A model generated the notes under the pieces. That model saw only the letters and a list, made by a program, of their open reading frames with translations. It did no database searches and was not told the origin of the DNA. A stretch of DNA of 60,270 nt, counting the filler, from Globobulimina sp. (Eukaryota): NCBI GenBank assembly GCA_003354225.1. It is 15 parts of 15 records of this genome, joined end to end, with 100 filler letters (N's around TTAATTAATTAA, not from the genome) between each part and the next. Parts side by side here need not be neighbours in the genome. Positions count along the whole stretch, not along the records: positions 24,166 to 28,091 come from PIVH01001878.1; positions 28,192 to 32,116 come from PIVH01001879.1; positions 32,217 to 36,140 come from PIVH01001880.1; positions 36,241 to 40,164 come from PIVH01001881.1; 11 more parts are not named here. One strand, given 5' to 3'. Below are positions 24,350 through 36,242 of the stretch, one piece after another; the stretch's first letter is position 1; every line of letters starts with the position of its first letter. The translations under genes and the position numbers were made by a program.

Positions 24350-24970
24350 TTAATTCTCTTCAATTTCATTAAAATCAGATAAAAAAATACTCTCTCCTTT
24401 ATAACCTGCATCCATTCCAACAACCAAATAATATGTTTTTGCCAACTGTAGATTTCTAAAAGCAATTCCTTGATCAATCCCATTTACTGAATATCCCATT
24501 TCTTGTTTTTCGAAATCAACTCTCATTTCAATTACATCACCGGAACACCATTTAATTCCATATTCTTCACATTTTCCTAAATTGTATTTAGTACCACCAC
24601 CACCATTATATCCATAATCTATTTCCCTCCAATTCACATTAACATTCCTGTTTGATTGAATACCAAATTGATTGAAACCCACCCTTCGCTTACATGTTAC
24701 CATCCATTTATATTTATTTTTGCTGTTTGCCTCAATTCCTATACTTCCATACGCATTGTGATAACAATAAAAACCACCATTGCTTGTAACAGTTTTCCCA
24801 TTCTTTGAGATTGTAATCCCTTCAGAAGCAATTTTGAATGTGTCAATAATATTTTTATAATAATCTCCATAATAATTATAGCAAATTTGATTAATCGATA
24901 TGGGGATTATTTTCAGTTTGATTGTTTTTTGAATTTGTCGTATGTAGCCATTAACAATCAAAACCTCCAT
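24350..24970 (-). CDS. SPRY/B30.2-like domain protein
   Basis: KYKWMV, QFGI, YGIKWCSGDVIEMRVDF...YSVNGIDQGIAF and YYLVV; N-terminal LIVNGYIR..IP..I..ICYNYY motif. Confidence 0.7.
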   Translation of the reverse strand: MEVLIVNGYIRQIQKTIKLKIIPISINQICYNYYGDYYKNIIDTFKIASEGITISKNGKTVTSNGGFYCYHNAYGSIGIEANSKNKYKWMVTCKRRVGFNQFGIQSNRNVNVNWREIDYGYNGGGGTKYNLGKCEEYGIKWCSGDVIEMRVDFEKQEMGYSVNGIDQGIAFRNLQLAKTYYLVVGMDAGYKGESIFLSDFNEIEEN

Positions 24971-25134
24971 CACTTCAGTTCTTCAAAACACTAAGAAATC
25001 AATGCCGCTGCAGTTTTGTGTATTTTTTTAATTATTTTGCAAGTTATCTTGCGTTAACACAGAGCAAATCAAAAGTTTTTTGAATTAAGAATTTTACCTA
25101 CTTCTTTTGTGCAAGGATAAAGTATTTTAAATTG

Positions 25135-27120
25135 TTACAACTTATCATCAGTTTCGGTATTTTCATCAATTACATGATTATTATCATCATCAACCTTGCC
25201 ATCATCCTGCTCATTAACATGAGGGTCGGGCGTAGCACTGAACCCAACACTGATCGCTGAGGAATCCGCATCCGTAGCACCCAAATCGCGTATTTTTATT
25301 TCTTCTTTTTTCTCCTCTTGTTTATCAGTCTCAACTTCCAACGGCTTTACATCCATTTCATCCCCAATCTCATCCCTATCATTACTCAATTCAGCTTCAT
25401 TGGATTCATTCTGTTCATTTTCCGTATCCGTATCCATAGATTTCAATGGTTTTAATGATATCAATTCTTGTTTTTTCTCTTCCTCTTTTTCCTTTAAAAT
25501 CTCATCCTCGCTCTTTTGATGTCCAATTGGCTTCAAATTGGATGATGGCGGAATCATTGGTTTATGTTTTGGTGAAGGTTGAATATTAAACTCTTGCTCT
25601 TCAACTTCCTGTTGCTGTTCCTGTGCCTTTTCCAACTCCATACTCCCTCTATGTTTGGTCTCTTTTTGTATGCCATCAATTTTAATATCATCCATTTTAA
25701 CCTCCTCCATTAACGGCATTGCTTCAATACTTTCCATTTTCTTTTTATTTGCCTTTTCTTGCACTTTTTTCGCATGGAATTGCGGGTCAATATCAATATA
25801 AATGTATTGCTGCGATTCGTAATGAATGGTTTTTTTAATTTGTTGGTTTGGTTTAATAGTGTTTAATTTTTGTGTGGTGATGACAATGCCGGTCAAGACA
25901 TGGATGCCCGGCGCGAATGCAATCAATGTCATATCTGTTTTCATCGAGGAAGACGGCTCCAACATTCCTAAGTATTTCTTGCTGATACTACACGGCAATA
26001 AATAACCACTTAAATTCTTATCGATGGATAGCCAGATTTTATGTGAATAGCGATCTAAATTAAAAATATGGAATTGTACCACAAACGATTTGTGAACAAT
26101 ACAGCTCGAAGGACATTTAAGTATTAATATTTCTATATTTTCGTTTGTTTTGTGACTTTTATCTGTAATACTTTCAGTTTGGTTTTCTAATTTGCGGCAA
26201 AATAAGGAGCGACGTTGGATGATATCGGATAAAAATATTCCTTCGCGATAGCAATTGGGGGAAGTCTCACATTTCCATTTTATCTCAATTTGTCCGACGG
26301 ACAATGCATTCAAATTGACCAACGAGGTGGGATTTTTCATATCGATTTGAAATAAAACATTTGCTTCTTGCGCTGCTTGCAAATAAATACTATTATAACT
26401 ATTCTCGTGATTGAAAGTGGTTAAATTGAATGATTTGAACAAGCCCAAACATTTAAAATTGACATCAACATATAATGGGACGGCTGGTTGATTGCTGACA
26501 TTGTTTATTAAGGCTTCAACAAATAGGTTTTCATCAAGTGTTTGTTTTTGAAAAGTCAACGACAATGCGGGCACTGCAGCAAATTCAAATATATCTTTGT
26601 AAAGTCGTTGCATGTCATCAGTGTTACTGGCGGTGATAGTAAATATTAATGAATATGAGGCTGCTGTATTGCTAGTAAATGGATATTCTAAATCGATGCT
26701 GATATTATCATTTTTATTCATTTGCGTGGGACATAATTCACGTGGTCGTGGATATAATTGTTTTGGGTTTCCATTTCCTTTTAAATTCATTTCGATATGA
26801 CATAGTAAACCAAAATTATGCAAATTTTCATTGAGTTTGTTGCTTATTTTTACTCGAAATCGCCATATCTCGCCAATATAAAGAGATTGTAATGGATGTT
26901 TATTGTTATCTTCTTTGTTGGAGTCTGGTGATGTAATATCACTGTCAAATAACAATCCATTTTGAATTATTTCACGATGATTATTCAAACGATTTATTTC
27001 AATGCGAAACACATCCTCTAATTTTTCTGGTAATAAACGTTTTGGTGCACCACCTGATGGACTGGTATAGCCTCCACGTTGTCCTGCTCTTTGGCCTCGG
27101 TAATTATTATAGTAACTCAT
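25135..27120 (-). CDS. TRAPPC13: TRAPP complex subunit 13 (Trs65-like) with acidic C-terminal extension
   Basis: SLYIGEIWRF, FVEALINN, VGQIEIKWK...EG and LGMLEP...LIAFAPGIHVLTGI. Confidence 0.72.
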   Translation of the reverse strand: MSYYNNYRGQRAGQRGGYTSPSGGAPKRLLPEKLEDVFRIEINRLNNHREIIQNGLLFDSDITSPDSNKEDNNKHPLQSLYIGEIWRFRVKISNKLNENLHNFGLLCHIEMNLKGNGNPKQLYPRPRELCPTQMNKNDNISIDLEYPFTSNTAASYSLIFTITASNTDDMQRLYKDIFEFAAVPALSLTFQKQTLDENLFVEALINNVSNQPAVPLYVDVNFKCLGLFKSFNLTTFNHENSYNSIYLQAAQEANVLFQIDMKNPTSLVNLNALSVGQIEIKWKCETSPNCYREGIFLSDIIQRRSLFCRKLENQTESITDKSHKTNENIEILILKCPSSCIVHKSFVVQFHIFNLDRYSHKIWLSIDKNLSGYLLPCSISKKYLGMLEPSSSMKTDMTLIAFAPGIHVLTGIVITTQKLNTIKPNQQIKKTIHYESQQYIYIDIDPQFHAKKVQEKANKKKMESIEAMPLMEEVKMDDIKIDGIQKETKHRGSMELEKAQEQQQEVEEQEFNIQPSPKHKPMIPPSSNLKPIGHQKSEDEILKEKEEEKKQELISLKPLKSMDTDTENEQNESNEAELSNDRDEIGDEMDVKPLEVETDKQEEKKEEIKIRDLGATDADSSAISVGFSATPDPHVNEQDDGKVDDDNNHVIDENTETDDKL

Positions 27121-27199
27121 TTGCTCCTGCAAGTTCAAAATAAAAACTGCTAAAAAACCTAGAATCCAGCATCACAGCGTACGCCTACAGTGTGTTGCC

Positions 27200-28091
27200 A
27201 TGGACAAAAGTATTATTTTTAAATATGTGCTTTTAGCTTATTCCATGCTATTTATACTGATGGTTTACGAATTTAGCAGAGAACAAGATAGTTTTGCTGC
27301 GAACACACACACTATCTATGATTTATTACAATATCTTCAAGTTACCGTTATTAAACCAACCGTCCTCGTATTAAGTATGCATTTTATTGGATGTAACTAC
27401 GTTTTCCCACGATTCATTGACAATTATTTGTTATCGAATAAATTTAAAAATCAGGAAAGGCAAAAACAAATCGCTTTGTCATCAACACATTTATTTAAGT
27501 TGTTATATTTTATTTATTTGGGTATTTTGGGCTACGTTGCATTATCAGAGATGGACTGGCTTCCTTCAGAATTTTTATTTGGAAAATACAACAACTCTGG
27601 ACATATAACGATGAAATGGTTGATGTGGCAGAGGCACACAAAATATGCCCACACCAACTTAAGTAGTGAGGTGCAAAGATATTTTGCGTGGAGCACTGCG
27701 TATCATTTACATTCATTTATTTGGCATGTAATAAATGAGCATTCGAGATATAATTTCTATGAGATGCTGTTGCATCATGTTGTGACTTTGTCGTTGGTAT
27801 CGTTTTGTTTTTTAACGGGCCATACCTCGATTGGGGTGCTTGTTATGTTCATTCATGATGCAACCGACATAGCTTCCTATGCCGTCAAACTGGCTGTCAA
27901 CATATCGACCTTACTAACATTACAGGCTTATATTATTTTGCTCATTTCTTGGTCATATTATCGAGTCTATGTCTTGTTGTATGCCATAATTTATCCAATG
28001 TTAGAGGATGAGCATCGTTATAGAGTTGTCGATAAAAGGGGATTTAATAAAATCACCGCTTATGTCATATTGTTATCAATGTTATGCTGTA
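27200..28091 (+). CDS. Ceramide synthase (LAG1/TLC domain), 3'-partial
   Basis: Lag1 motif RYNFYEMLLHHVVTLSL...GVLVMFIHDATD; multiple TM helices. Confidence 0.9.
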
Positions 28092-28384
28092 NNNNNNNNN
28101 NNNNNNNNNNNNNNNNNNNNNNNNNNNNNNNNNNNTTAATTAATTAANNNNNNNNNNNNNNNNNNNNNNNNNNNNNNNNNNNNNNNNNNNNTTGCGCGAT
28201 AATTTTCCTTTATATACATGACGTCGTATTAACGCACTCTGCAAATTGGTATTAACGCACTCAAATCCCCAGAATCAAATAAATTATGCAATGAGCCATG
28301 TTGACTCATTTTCTCCCCATCAAATACATGTACTTTTGCATTGACTCAAATATATACCTTACAAAAGTACACAGTGTGCCATAA

Positions 28385-28910
28385 ATCGCTGCTTATTTTG
28401 CAATCCTCTTTGGGCCAAAGTGCCAGCTAAACCAGAAAATATTAATTGTTGCAATTAGCACTGCCATTAAACCCATTGTTCCTCTTTTTTTTTTCTTGCA
28501 ACAATCAATAATATACCCAATGAAATGCGCTCTTGTTTTGATGGAGTTTTATTCAAAATTACTATCAATTAATTTCGTTTGATTCATTAAATTAAATTAA
28601 ATATTAATGGATCTAAAATTTGTTGAACACTGTATATGGCGGACGGTACAAAGGATATTAATAAGGAATCAGATAAATTCCATTTGGCTATTTCTGATGA
28701 TAATTCATTGCGCATTGACAACGAGAAAATACTAACGAGCAATTTAACAGATTCTGTACTGTTTGCTGGCATATACCATTCATTTAAAAATGGCTGAATT
28801 CCGAATTGAACGGATAATAACAATAATGCAAAATAACCGCGTTTGCTAAAATGGGCAGCGCCACGCTGTCTGAACCATCTATTGCTTAATGTACTTAGTT
28901 TGCTACCCAT
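28385..28910 (-). pseudogene. Decayed SLC35A-type nucleotide-sugar transporter
   Basis: ESVKLL, VPSAIYSVQ, LDPLIFNL/NQTKL, GLMAVLIA and SGLAGTLAQRGLQ are in the correct order but spread over several frames, with expected segments missing. Confidence 0.6.
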
Positions 28911-30321
28911 TGTTTTAGGTTTCCATGTAACTCAAAGATTTTTACACACTTTTTAATACTTTAGAGGAAATAATGCGGTCAAATGTCGGTGTTTGGGGCT
29001 TTGATGTTGTATAAAATTAAACACAGCGGTGATTTTAAAGGATTCTTTTCATGTAAAACAATAGAATTAGAGCATGTGTGTTATATGGTTATTATATCAA
29101 GTTTGATATTTATTTTAATTGTTTGAATGATAATTTGTGTCAGATGATAGAAAATACAAATTTAATATTAACGTTGATATCACATTTTGGAATTCATTTA
29201 TTTGTGGCCTTGAGATCTATATTAAGCTCAACAGATTTATTTTTTATTAATTGCATTTCTTTCCATTCATATGCAATGTATTAGACACTGCTCATATTGG
29301 CGTAGGCTGTATAGTTAAATCAAAATCATTACTCTTTATTATTTGGGTCATGATCCAAGATTTTATTTGTAATTCCAATGAGAAAATTGATTCCAGCAAA
29401 ATCCAGATAAAACATTAACAAACAATCATAATCAACATTTTTCATTACAATCGATCGTGCAAAGAGTAATTATTTGCAGTACCATTTATAATATGATAAT
29501 ATCTACCATGATTACTATGAGTATTGAGGCAATTTTAGGATCTAAATTATGTATGTTTGCTTTTGTATGTTGAGACTTTCTGTATTTATGGTTTTACAAT
29601 TTGCTGATATTAAGGATCATACAATGCAGTTATTGTAAAAATAAACAGTGTGCATGTTTATGCAGATATTGTTATCAAACAAAGTAATGTGTCAAGTGTC
29701 GCAACCACAGCAAGCAAATTAGAAATCAGAATATTAAATTCTGAGAATAGAATTAATTCATTACCGACGCCTTCAGAAATGCCACGCTTAACACCTGCGA
29801 ATTCTATGCAGACCGAACCGAGTGTACGTGTCCCAAAGCAATACTGCATGTATTGTTTAACATTAATTATTCGTTTCTTTTGGTATATTTTGTGTGCGTT
29901 GTTTTGTATGTTTGTTTTAATTGATTTTAATATGCAATCCATGAATATTCATTAATTAATTCGTGCGCAATTTTTGCGGCGTTTTTTTGTGTTGAATTTA
30001 AATTAACGATGAATTTTTTCTGGTCGATATTTTGTATATGATTTATGCAAAGAAAATTTACATTGGGTTTGCAAAGTGAATACAAACTGTACATTTACAA
30101 TTGGTTTTTAATTCGTATAAACCATCAAAACGCATCGTTTAAATGCGCAGATAATAAATACACAGATTCTACCGAGTTTGTCAAAAAATGTATGGGTATT
30201 CTCTTAAATGAAATGCTTTCACAAAAGAAAAAGTGCTTAAATCAAAACAAATACGTATACTACAAATCAAATTTTTAAAATTAATTTAATTTTCCTCATA
30301 TATTGCATATGCATCTCATTT

Positions 30322-31511
30322 TTAATCAAACGCATTACACTGTTTTACATAAAACAAAGTGGACAGGTTTGCAACATCTTTATTATTAATCAACGCAATC
30401 TTCACATTTGTACTACAATTCTTTTTCATTGCATTTTTTAATTTCATTTGCTTCCTTTTCTTCAAAAATACATCCATATTTTTACTATATTTACCGAACA
30501 CGGCGTCATTTATAATGTTATAATGATCGCTCATATTATCCAAATTCACATAAAACGGCAATTGGATAATTGTATTGTTGATATGCAACGATAATCGCAA
30601 CACATTATTCAATCCACCATTTGGCAAAATACATAAACCATAATTCATCACATTGATTAAATTCGCTTTCAATTTTTCTTTCTCCATCGCAGATTCACCA
30701 ATTTTAATAAACTTATGACTGCAATGCCCATTCATATAATACGTGGAATCGCGATATTTCGCCACCTTTTTTGCAAATTTTAACGAATATTTTTCCTGTT
30801 TAACCGGGTCTAACTTCTGATATTTCTTCCGGGCCAATGGATTTTTGGTATCGCCTAATCTCAATAAATTGTACGACGATGGCAATACGCCGATACTCCT
30901 AACATAAAAAAAGCAAAATATAAAAACGTTTTCTATAACAAACCGTATAAGTATACACAAACTTGTTTCTGTTACGTAAAAGTACCACTAATTTGAGGGC
31001 GACTCTATAGACTATGTCCGGATGAATGAGGAATAAATCAAACAACTCCACCAATCGAACCTGCGCATCCCGGCGACCATAATCCTTTTCGAACTCAGAA
31101 ACGCCCATTATTTTTGTCACATTGCTAACGGGATGTGTTGTTAGCAAAACTTCCTTCCATTTGGCCACATCTTGGGAGCGCGTAATGATACATATCTCGT
31201 TGTCAGTGTCTTTACGGAAGCTGTGTACCAACGGACTGTATGTTTGAAAAAGGGCAAAGACATTAAATATTTTGCTGATACAGCGTATTATTGATAAAAT
31301 TGTGTGAAACTTTATGACATAACATTCGAATTGATTTGAATTTGCTAGATTTTTGAGAATTTACTTTTGGTTCAACTACAAGATTAATGTCTTGCTCTTT
31401 GTCCCATAATACATTGTCTGGTTGGGACTCTTTTTGTTTTTTAAAGTACTCATCCAATGCAGTGATTGCTTTATCAATGTTTGCGTGATTGAACAAAGAA
31501 TGAGTTGCCAT
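30322..31511 (-). CDS. RSL1D1: Ribosomal L1 domain-containing nucleolar protein (RSL1D1/Utp30/Cic1 family), introns 31236-31323 and 30899-30962
   Basis: IDKAITAL, spliced RIPLVHS, EICIIT, KIMGVSEFEKDY, FDLFL, IKIG...LKANL and LPFY; both introns restore the frame. Confidence 0.75.
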
Positions 31512-31515
31512 GATG

Positions 31516-32116
31516 TTAGCTCTTATATTTTAAAGTTTTGTGGAAAAAATTGGAATTTGAATGTTTGAGTTGAGCAACCAGCCAATCCAAGGCGTCCGAT
31601 ATTCCAGCACCTGTTAACGCACTGCATTCAAATATCTCTATCTTTCTACCATACAAATCATGATCCATCACCCATAGAAAAGCAATGATAATATCAACAA
31701 TAGAATTTGGAAGCGATAATTTGTAATCTCCGTAGGTAATATCAAATGAATTATAAAAGAATCGAGGATTCAATTTTTTGGACAAACGTAGTTCAGACGC
31801 AATGGTAAAAGCATCCACAGCATTTGGTAAATCTTGTTTGTTGGCCAAAATTAGAATTGGTATATTTTTATTGTTTCTGATGTTTTCATTTCCCAATGGA
31901 TGCTCGAACCAATATTTTACATCGTCACCAACCCCGCATTGTCTATAAAGCCTTTCTGTGTCGGTACTGTCAATCATAAATATTATTGCTTGGGTTCCTT
32001 CATAATAATGTTTCCAATGTGGTCTTATACCCCACGTCCCGCCAACTTCCCATACACTCATTTCAAAGCCATTGTGAATCCCTATCTCGACATTAACTCC
32101 AATGGTTGGATCTCCA
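31516..32116 (-). CDS. Divergent Arf/Arl small GTPase, 5'-partial, apparent frameshift near 32083
   Basis: PTIGVNVE (in another frame), WEVGG..IRPHWKHYYEGTQAIIFMIDSTD.ERL, LILANKQDL and ECSALTG.G...LDWL. Confidence 0.8.
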
Positions 32117-32254
32117 NNNNNNNNNNNNNNNNNNNNNNNNNNNNNNNNNNNNNNNNNNNNTTAATTAATTAANNNNNNNNNNNNNNNNNNNNNNNNNNNN
32201 NNNNNNNNNNNNNNNNGTGGAGAAAGGTTTTCTTTTAATAAAAATGTAATCCGA

Positions 32255-35050
32255 ATGGATTTGTATAACAAAGCAAAACAATTCTTTAAAAATGGTGATT
32301 GGATATCAGCAAAAAATGTACTGTTAGAAATTGTAGCAAGCAATCAACAAAACAACATAGACCCGAAAGTATATGGCAAATTAGGTGATGTGAGTTCAAA
32401 ATTAAATCAATTCTCAGACGCTGGACTGTATTATTCAAAATATATCACTTGCTATGCCAATTATGATACTAACAATGTAACTAAACAACTGACGAGAACA
32501 TACCTGAAATATGCCAATTTGTTGCAATATCAATTACAACAATACAAACAAGCTCAAACAATGTATTTGCAATGCATCGAAACTGATAAACAGAACCCTG
32601 AGCTTGCAGCTGATGTTTATTTTCATTATGCAAAATTATTAGCATCAATGGAGCAATTTGAAAATGCCAGAACATATTATTTACAATGTTTGAAAGTTGA
32701 TGCTACCAAAGCTTGCGTTCATTATCATTTTGGAATGTTACTTTATTACAAATTATGCAATCAAGCGAATGGGCTGTCTCATCTCAAGAAATGTATTCAA
32801 TTGAAATCGAAAGTAAGTAAATATCAGTTTGAATATGCATTAATGCTCAAAAACGAAAACGATCCCAAATATTATTCTGAAACCAATAGTTGCTTTGAAG
32901 CAGCACTTATTTTATCTGATTATCAAAATACATCCATATTGCGAGAATATGGCAAATTTTTGATACAATGCATGGATCAAAAAGAAAAAGGAGCGGAGTT
33001 TATGAAATTAGCGTCGATGTTTGGTGCAACACATAATATTGTCACTGATCAGGATAATAAATTACAACACAGTTTATCAGCAACTGTGGCTGAATTGGAA
33101 TGCAAAACATCTGTGTCAGCAATGTTGAACATGAGTAACAACGAAGATGATTATACAAAACTGAAATATATTATATATGATTTTGACCTTACCATTACAT
33201 TCAGGACTGTGTATGATTCAGTACAGGGAAATATATCTCATTTATATACCATGGATCAAGACGATTTTCTGCGAATCTTTGGATGGAGAGATAGAATTAG
33301 AAGGTTAGCGAAGCATTTTGAGGGTGTTTTATCCAAAGGAATACAAATTATTTTATTGTATGTTAATTACAGCAATGATTATGTCGATATTGTTGTAGAA
33401 ACATTAAAAAAAGCATATTTGCATCAATTCTTTCCAGCAATCATTCAAATTGATGTTGAACATGAAATCGATGCGAAATTAAAATATCTCCAACAGTTAA
33501 AACACAAATTTAACTTAAAATATGAACAGTTATTGTACATTGATGATAATCGCAATATGATACAATCCGTCACCACGCATTCCCTCTGTTTTACAGTGTT
33601 CATATCAGAACAGCATGGTTTGACATTGCGCGATTTTGAGAATCTTGAGAATAATATGGATATTATGACCACGAATTACTCGTCATTCCAATCCATTGTG
33701 CCGCCATCATTCATATCATTTAATGGCAAAATATATTACGAAATCAAAGCTCAAATCACCAGGTCACAATATCATGAATCCATCGATAAGTTGGATATAA
33801 TTCAATGGATTTACCATAATTGGAGCAATGAAGAATATCAAGCTGCATTTCTTGAATTTGCTGAAAAGTTTAGATGTATTTGTCAAGCCTCAGCAAAATA
33901 CGATATGTGGACAGCAAAAGAAATGTTGATACCTTTATTAGAAATCGAGTCAATGGATTCAGATTTAAACACAAGAAATGCGATATATTCTACGCCAATG
34001 GCACTTGTTCAAGAAGTTGAGAAATCATTTAAAAAAGCGACACAAGGAAGATTTATAACTGCCTTTATAAGTTATGGTTATTTTCTAATTAAACAAAAGC
34101 GTTTCAATGAAGCTATAAATGTTTTTGAAGACGCATTGAAAATGAATCCAATTTCTATCAAAGCACTGATGGGAATGGCACGCACTTTGCGAAGATTAGG
34201 TGGTCCAAACAACGCTGAATACTATTTTCAAAAAGCTGCGGTTGTTTCTCCTGAATATGATCAAACACACTTTAGATATGGAACTTTTTTATATGACCAT
34301 AGCAGATATAAAGAGGCACAGAAAGCGTTTCAAACTGCAGTGGATTTGTGGCCATTTTCAGGGATGAATCATTATTTTTTGGCAATGAATTTATTAAATG
34401 GATTCAATGATGTTGCTGGATTTAAATATCATTTACAAGAATGTGTAAAGAATGAGCCAGGGAATAAACACGCTCAATATCAATATTATAAAATGTTTGA
34501 TCAACATTATAAGTCGCCAGACTGTGGAAATAATTTAAAGAATTTTGTGTTAAATGGAAGTAAACGAAAACGCTGCAAAATGTCACCACTATATGGCTCG
34601 GAGAAAGAATTTAAAATCTTTTGGTATAATCAGTTGGAAGGATGGTTGATTGATGATGCATTTCAATCATATTATGAATGTTTTAAACGTGCTAAAATGA
34701 ATAATATCATGTCACTGTTTTCAATGTGTAAGGCAACATTGAGGAACATCATTGGAATTGGAAATGAAGAGCATATAGAAATTATTATGAAATGTGTTGA
34801 TGAGTTAATAATTGAAAACCGTGAATTCAAAGAGTGGTTAGGCAGTGTGGTAGCGAATAAAAGAGTGTTGGATGACTATCTCAATACATTCATACATAAC
34901 AGATTACCGATATATTCATTCGATTCTTTTTACCGTGGCATATCATCACAGACAAAATTGAGAACAATATTGGGAGCGAGACATGATACATCACTGAGAA
35001 GAATGTGGGATTCATATTGCTCCAACTTTCAAGATAATTATTATTTTTAA
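32255..35050 (+). CDS. TPR - HAD-like phosphatase - TPR - SAM protein
   Basis: N-terminal and central TPRs; IIYDFDLTIT (HAD motif I) and LYIDDNRNMI (motif IV); SAM-like YYECFKRAKM...LRNIIGIGNEEHIEIIM. Confidence 0.75.
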   Translation: MDLYNKAKQFFKNGDWISAKNVLLEIVASNQQNNIDPKVYGKLGDVSSKLNQFSDAGLYYSKYITCYANYDTNNVTKQLTRTYLKYANLLQYQLQQYKQAQTMYLQCIETDKQNPELAADVYFHYAKLLASMEQFENARTYYLQCLKVDATKACVHYHFGMLLYYKLCNQANGLSHLKKCIQLKSKVSKYQFEYALMLKNENDPKYYSETNSCFEAALILSDYQNTSILREYGKFLIQCMDQKEKGAEFMKLASMFGATHNIVTDQDNKLQHSLSATVAELECKTSVSAMLNMSNNEDDYTKLKYIIYDFDLTITFRTVYDSVQGNISHLYTMDQDDFLRIFGWRDRIRRLAKHFEGVLSKGIQIILLYVNYSNDYVDIVVETLKKAYLHQFFPAIIQIDVEHEIDAKLKYLQQLKHKFNLKYEQLLYIDDNRNMIQSVTTHSLCFTVFISEQHGLTLRDFENLENNMDIMTTNYSSFQSIVPPSFISFNGKIYYEIKAQITRSQYHESIDKLDIIQWIYHNWSNEEYQAAFLEFAEKFRCICQASAKYDMWTAKEMLIPLLEIESMDSDLNTRNAIYSTPMALVQEVEKSFKKATQGRFITAFISYGYFLIKQKRFNEAINVFEDALKMNPISIKALMGMARTLRRLGGPNNAEYYFQKAAVVSPEYDQTHFRYGTFLYDHSRYKEAQKAFQTAVDLWPFSGMNHYFLAMNLLNGFNDVAGFKYHLQECVKNEPGNKHAQYQYYKMFDQHYKSPDCGNNLKNFVLNGSKRKRCKMSPLYGSEKEFKIFWYNQLEGWLIDDAFQSYYECFKRAKMNNIMSLFSMCKATLRNIIGIGNEEHIEIIMKCVDELIIENREFKEWLGSVVANKRVLDDYLNTFIHNRLPIYSFDSFYRGISSQTKLRTILGARHDTSLRRMWDSYCSNFQDNYYF

Positions 35051-35084
35051 AGTAAAAAGTTTTTTCAGCAAAACTGACGAGATC

Positions 35085-36140
35085 ATGTCAGATATGTACA
35101 CAGACTCTGAACATTCAGATACAGAGTCTGCGCCAGAAGAAGAAAATGAACCTATTGCCACCTTTAATTTATTCGACTACATCTCCAATTCGCCCACGGT
35201 AATCGGCATAAACAACGATGCATTCACAAACTCGAAATATAAGGAAATACTGTGGGACGCCTATCTACAGCACAAGAATAAATTAGAAAACATCTTGGAA
35301 GTGCTCTTCACTATGAACAGCATCCAACGCAACCTAGTCATCAAAACCTGGACCTCTCGGCGCGACGGCGGCGGCACAGACTTACAATCCGTATTAAAGG
35401 ACTTCTTCAGCGATTTAAAAAACGAAGAACTGTCATTGCGTTTATTATACGGTATGCTGAAGAATTTGGACGAATTAGACGCTGAATGGATCCATGACGC
35501 CTTATATGACAGCAACGACAGCACATACAACGACGAGCTCATCATAGAGATAATCTGTACGCGCACTTACAAACAGTTAAAGGAATTGACTGTATCCTAC
35601 AAAAAGCGCTACAACAAAGAGTTATTACGTGACATTAAGTTGAAATATCGCAAAATCGACGCGAATTTTGTCAATATGGCCACCAACTTAATCAACGGCG
35701 AACGCGATGAAAACGTGTTGATTAAGCCAGAGATTGACGACTTGACTGCGGATGTTAAGTTTATTCATGATGCGTTGCAACAGAATAAAATCCCCAAGGC
35801 AGTGTTGGAGAAATTGGGGTATAAATTAACGCGCCGTTCGTGGAGACATATCCATGATTTATGTCCGGTGTATGCTCAGTTGGTTGGCTATAATTTGCAG
35901 ACTTCGCTGGTGCACAAACTCAGCCATAATGGCAATAGATTGCCGTCGAACATTGCCATGATTAATATTGTGGAGATATCGCGTAGTATTCACTTCTATT
36001 TTGCACATCGATTGGCAGTGTTTGAGCAGTAAATCGTCGCTGATGAAGGTATTGTCATTGCATCGCATTGTTTTGTCGCGATGTGAGATAGATTTGGGCG
36101 CGATTTTGTTATTATTTGCGTCGAAAACGAATTTGTGCGA
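35085..36140 (+). CDS. Divergent annexin, 3'-partial, frameshift near 36012
   Basis: DAEWIHDAL, LIIEIICTRT..QL...Y...Y...L..DI, LINGERDE and YFAHRL; the last repeat (LHRIVLSRCEIDL) continues in another frame. Confidence 0.8.
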
Positions 36141-36242
36141 NNNNNNNNNNNNNNNNNNNNNNNNNNNNNNNNNNNNNNNNNNNNTTAATTAATTAANNNN
36201 NNNNNNNNNNNNNNNNNNNNNNNNNNNNNNNNNNNNNNNNTT

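Noticed and set aside
29078-30278. Short ORFs in the AT-rich stretch (also 18242-18520, 39452-39697, 59979-60161)
   Set aside because: Low-complexity F/I/L/Y-rich translations with no motifs; probably intergenic or UTR sequence.
36005-36032. Programmed frameshift in the annexin gene
   Set aside because: No slippery heptamer or downstream structure; it is close to a contig end, so a 2-nt deletion or sequencing error is simpler.
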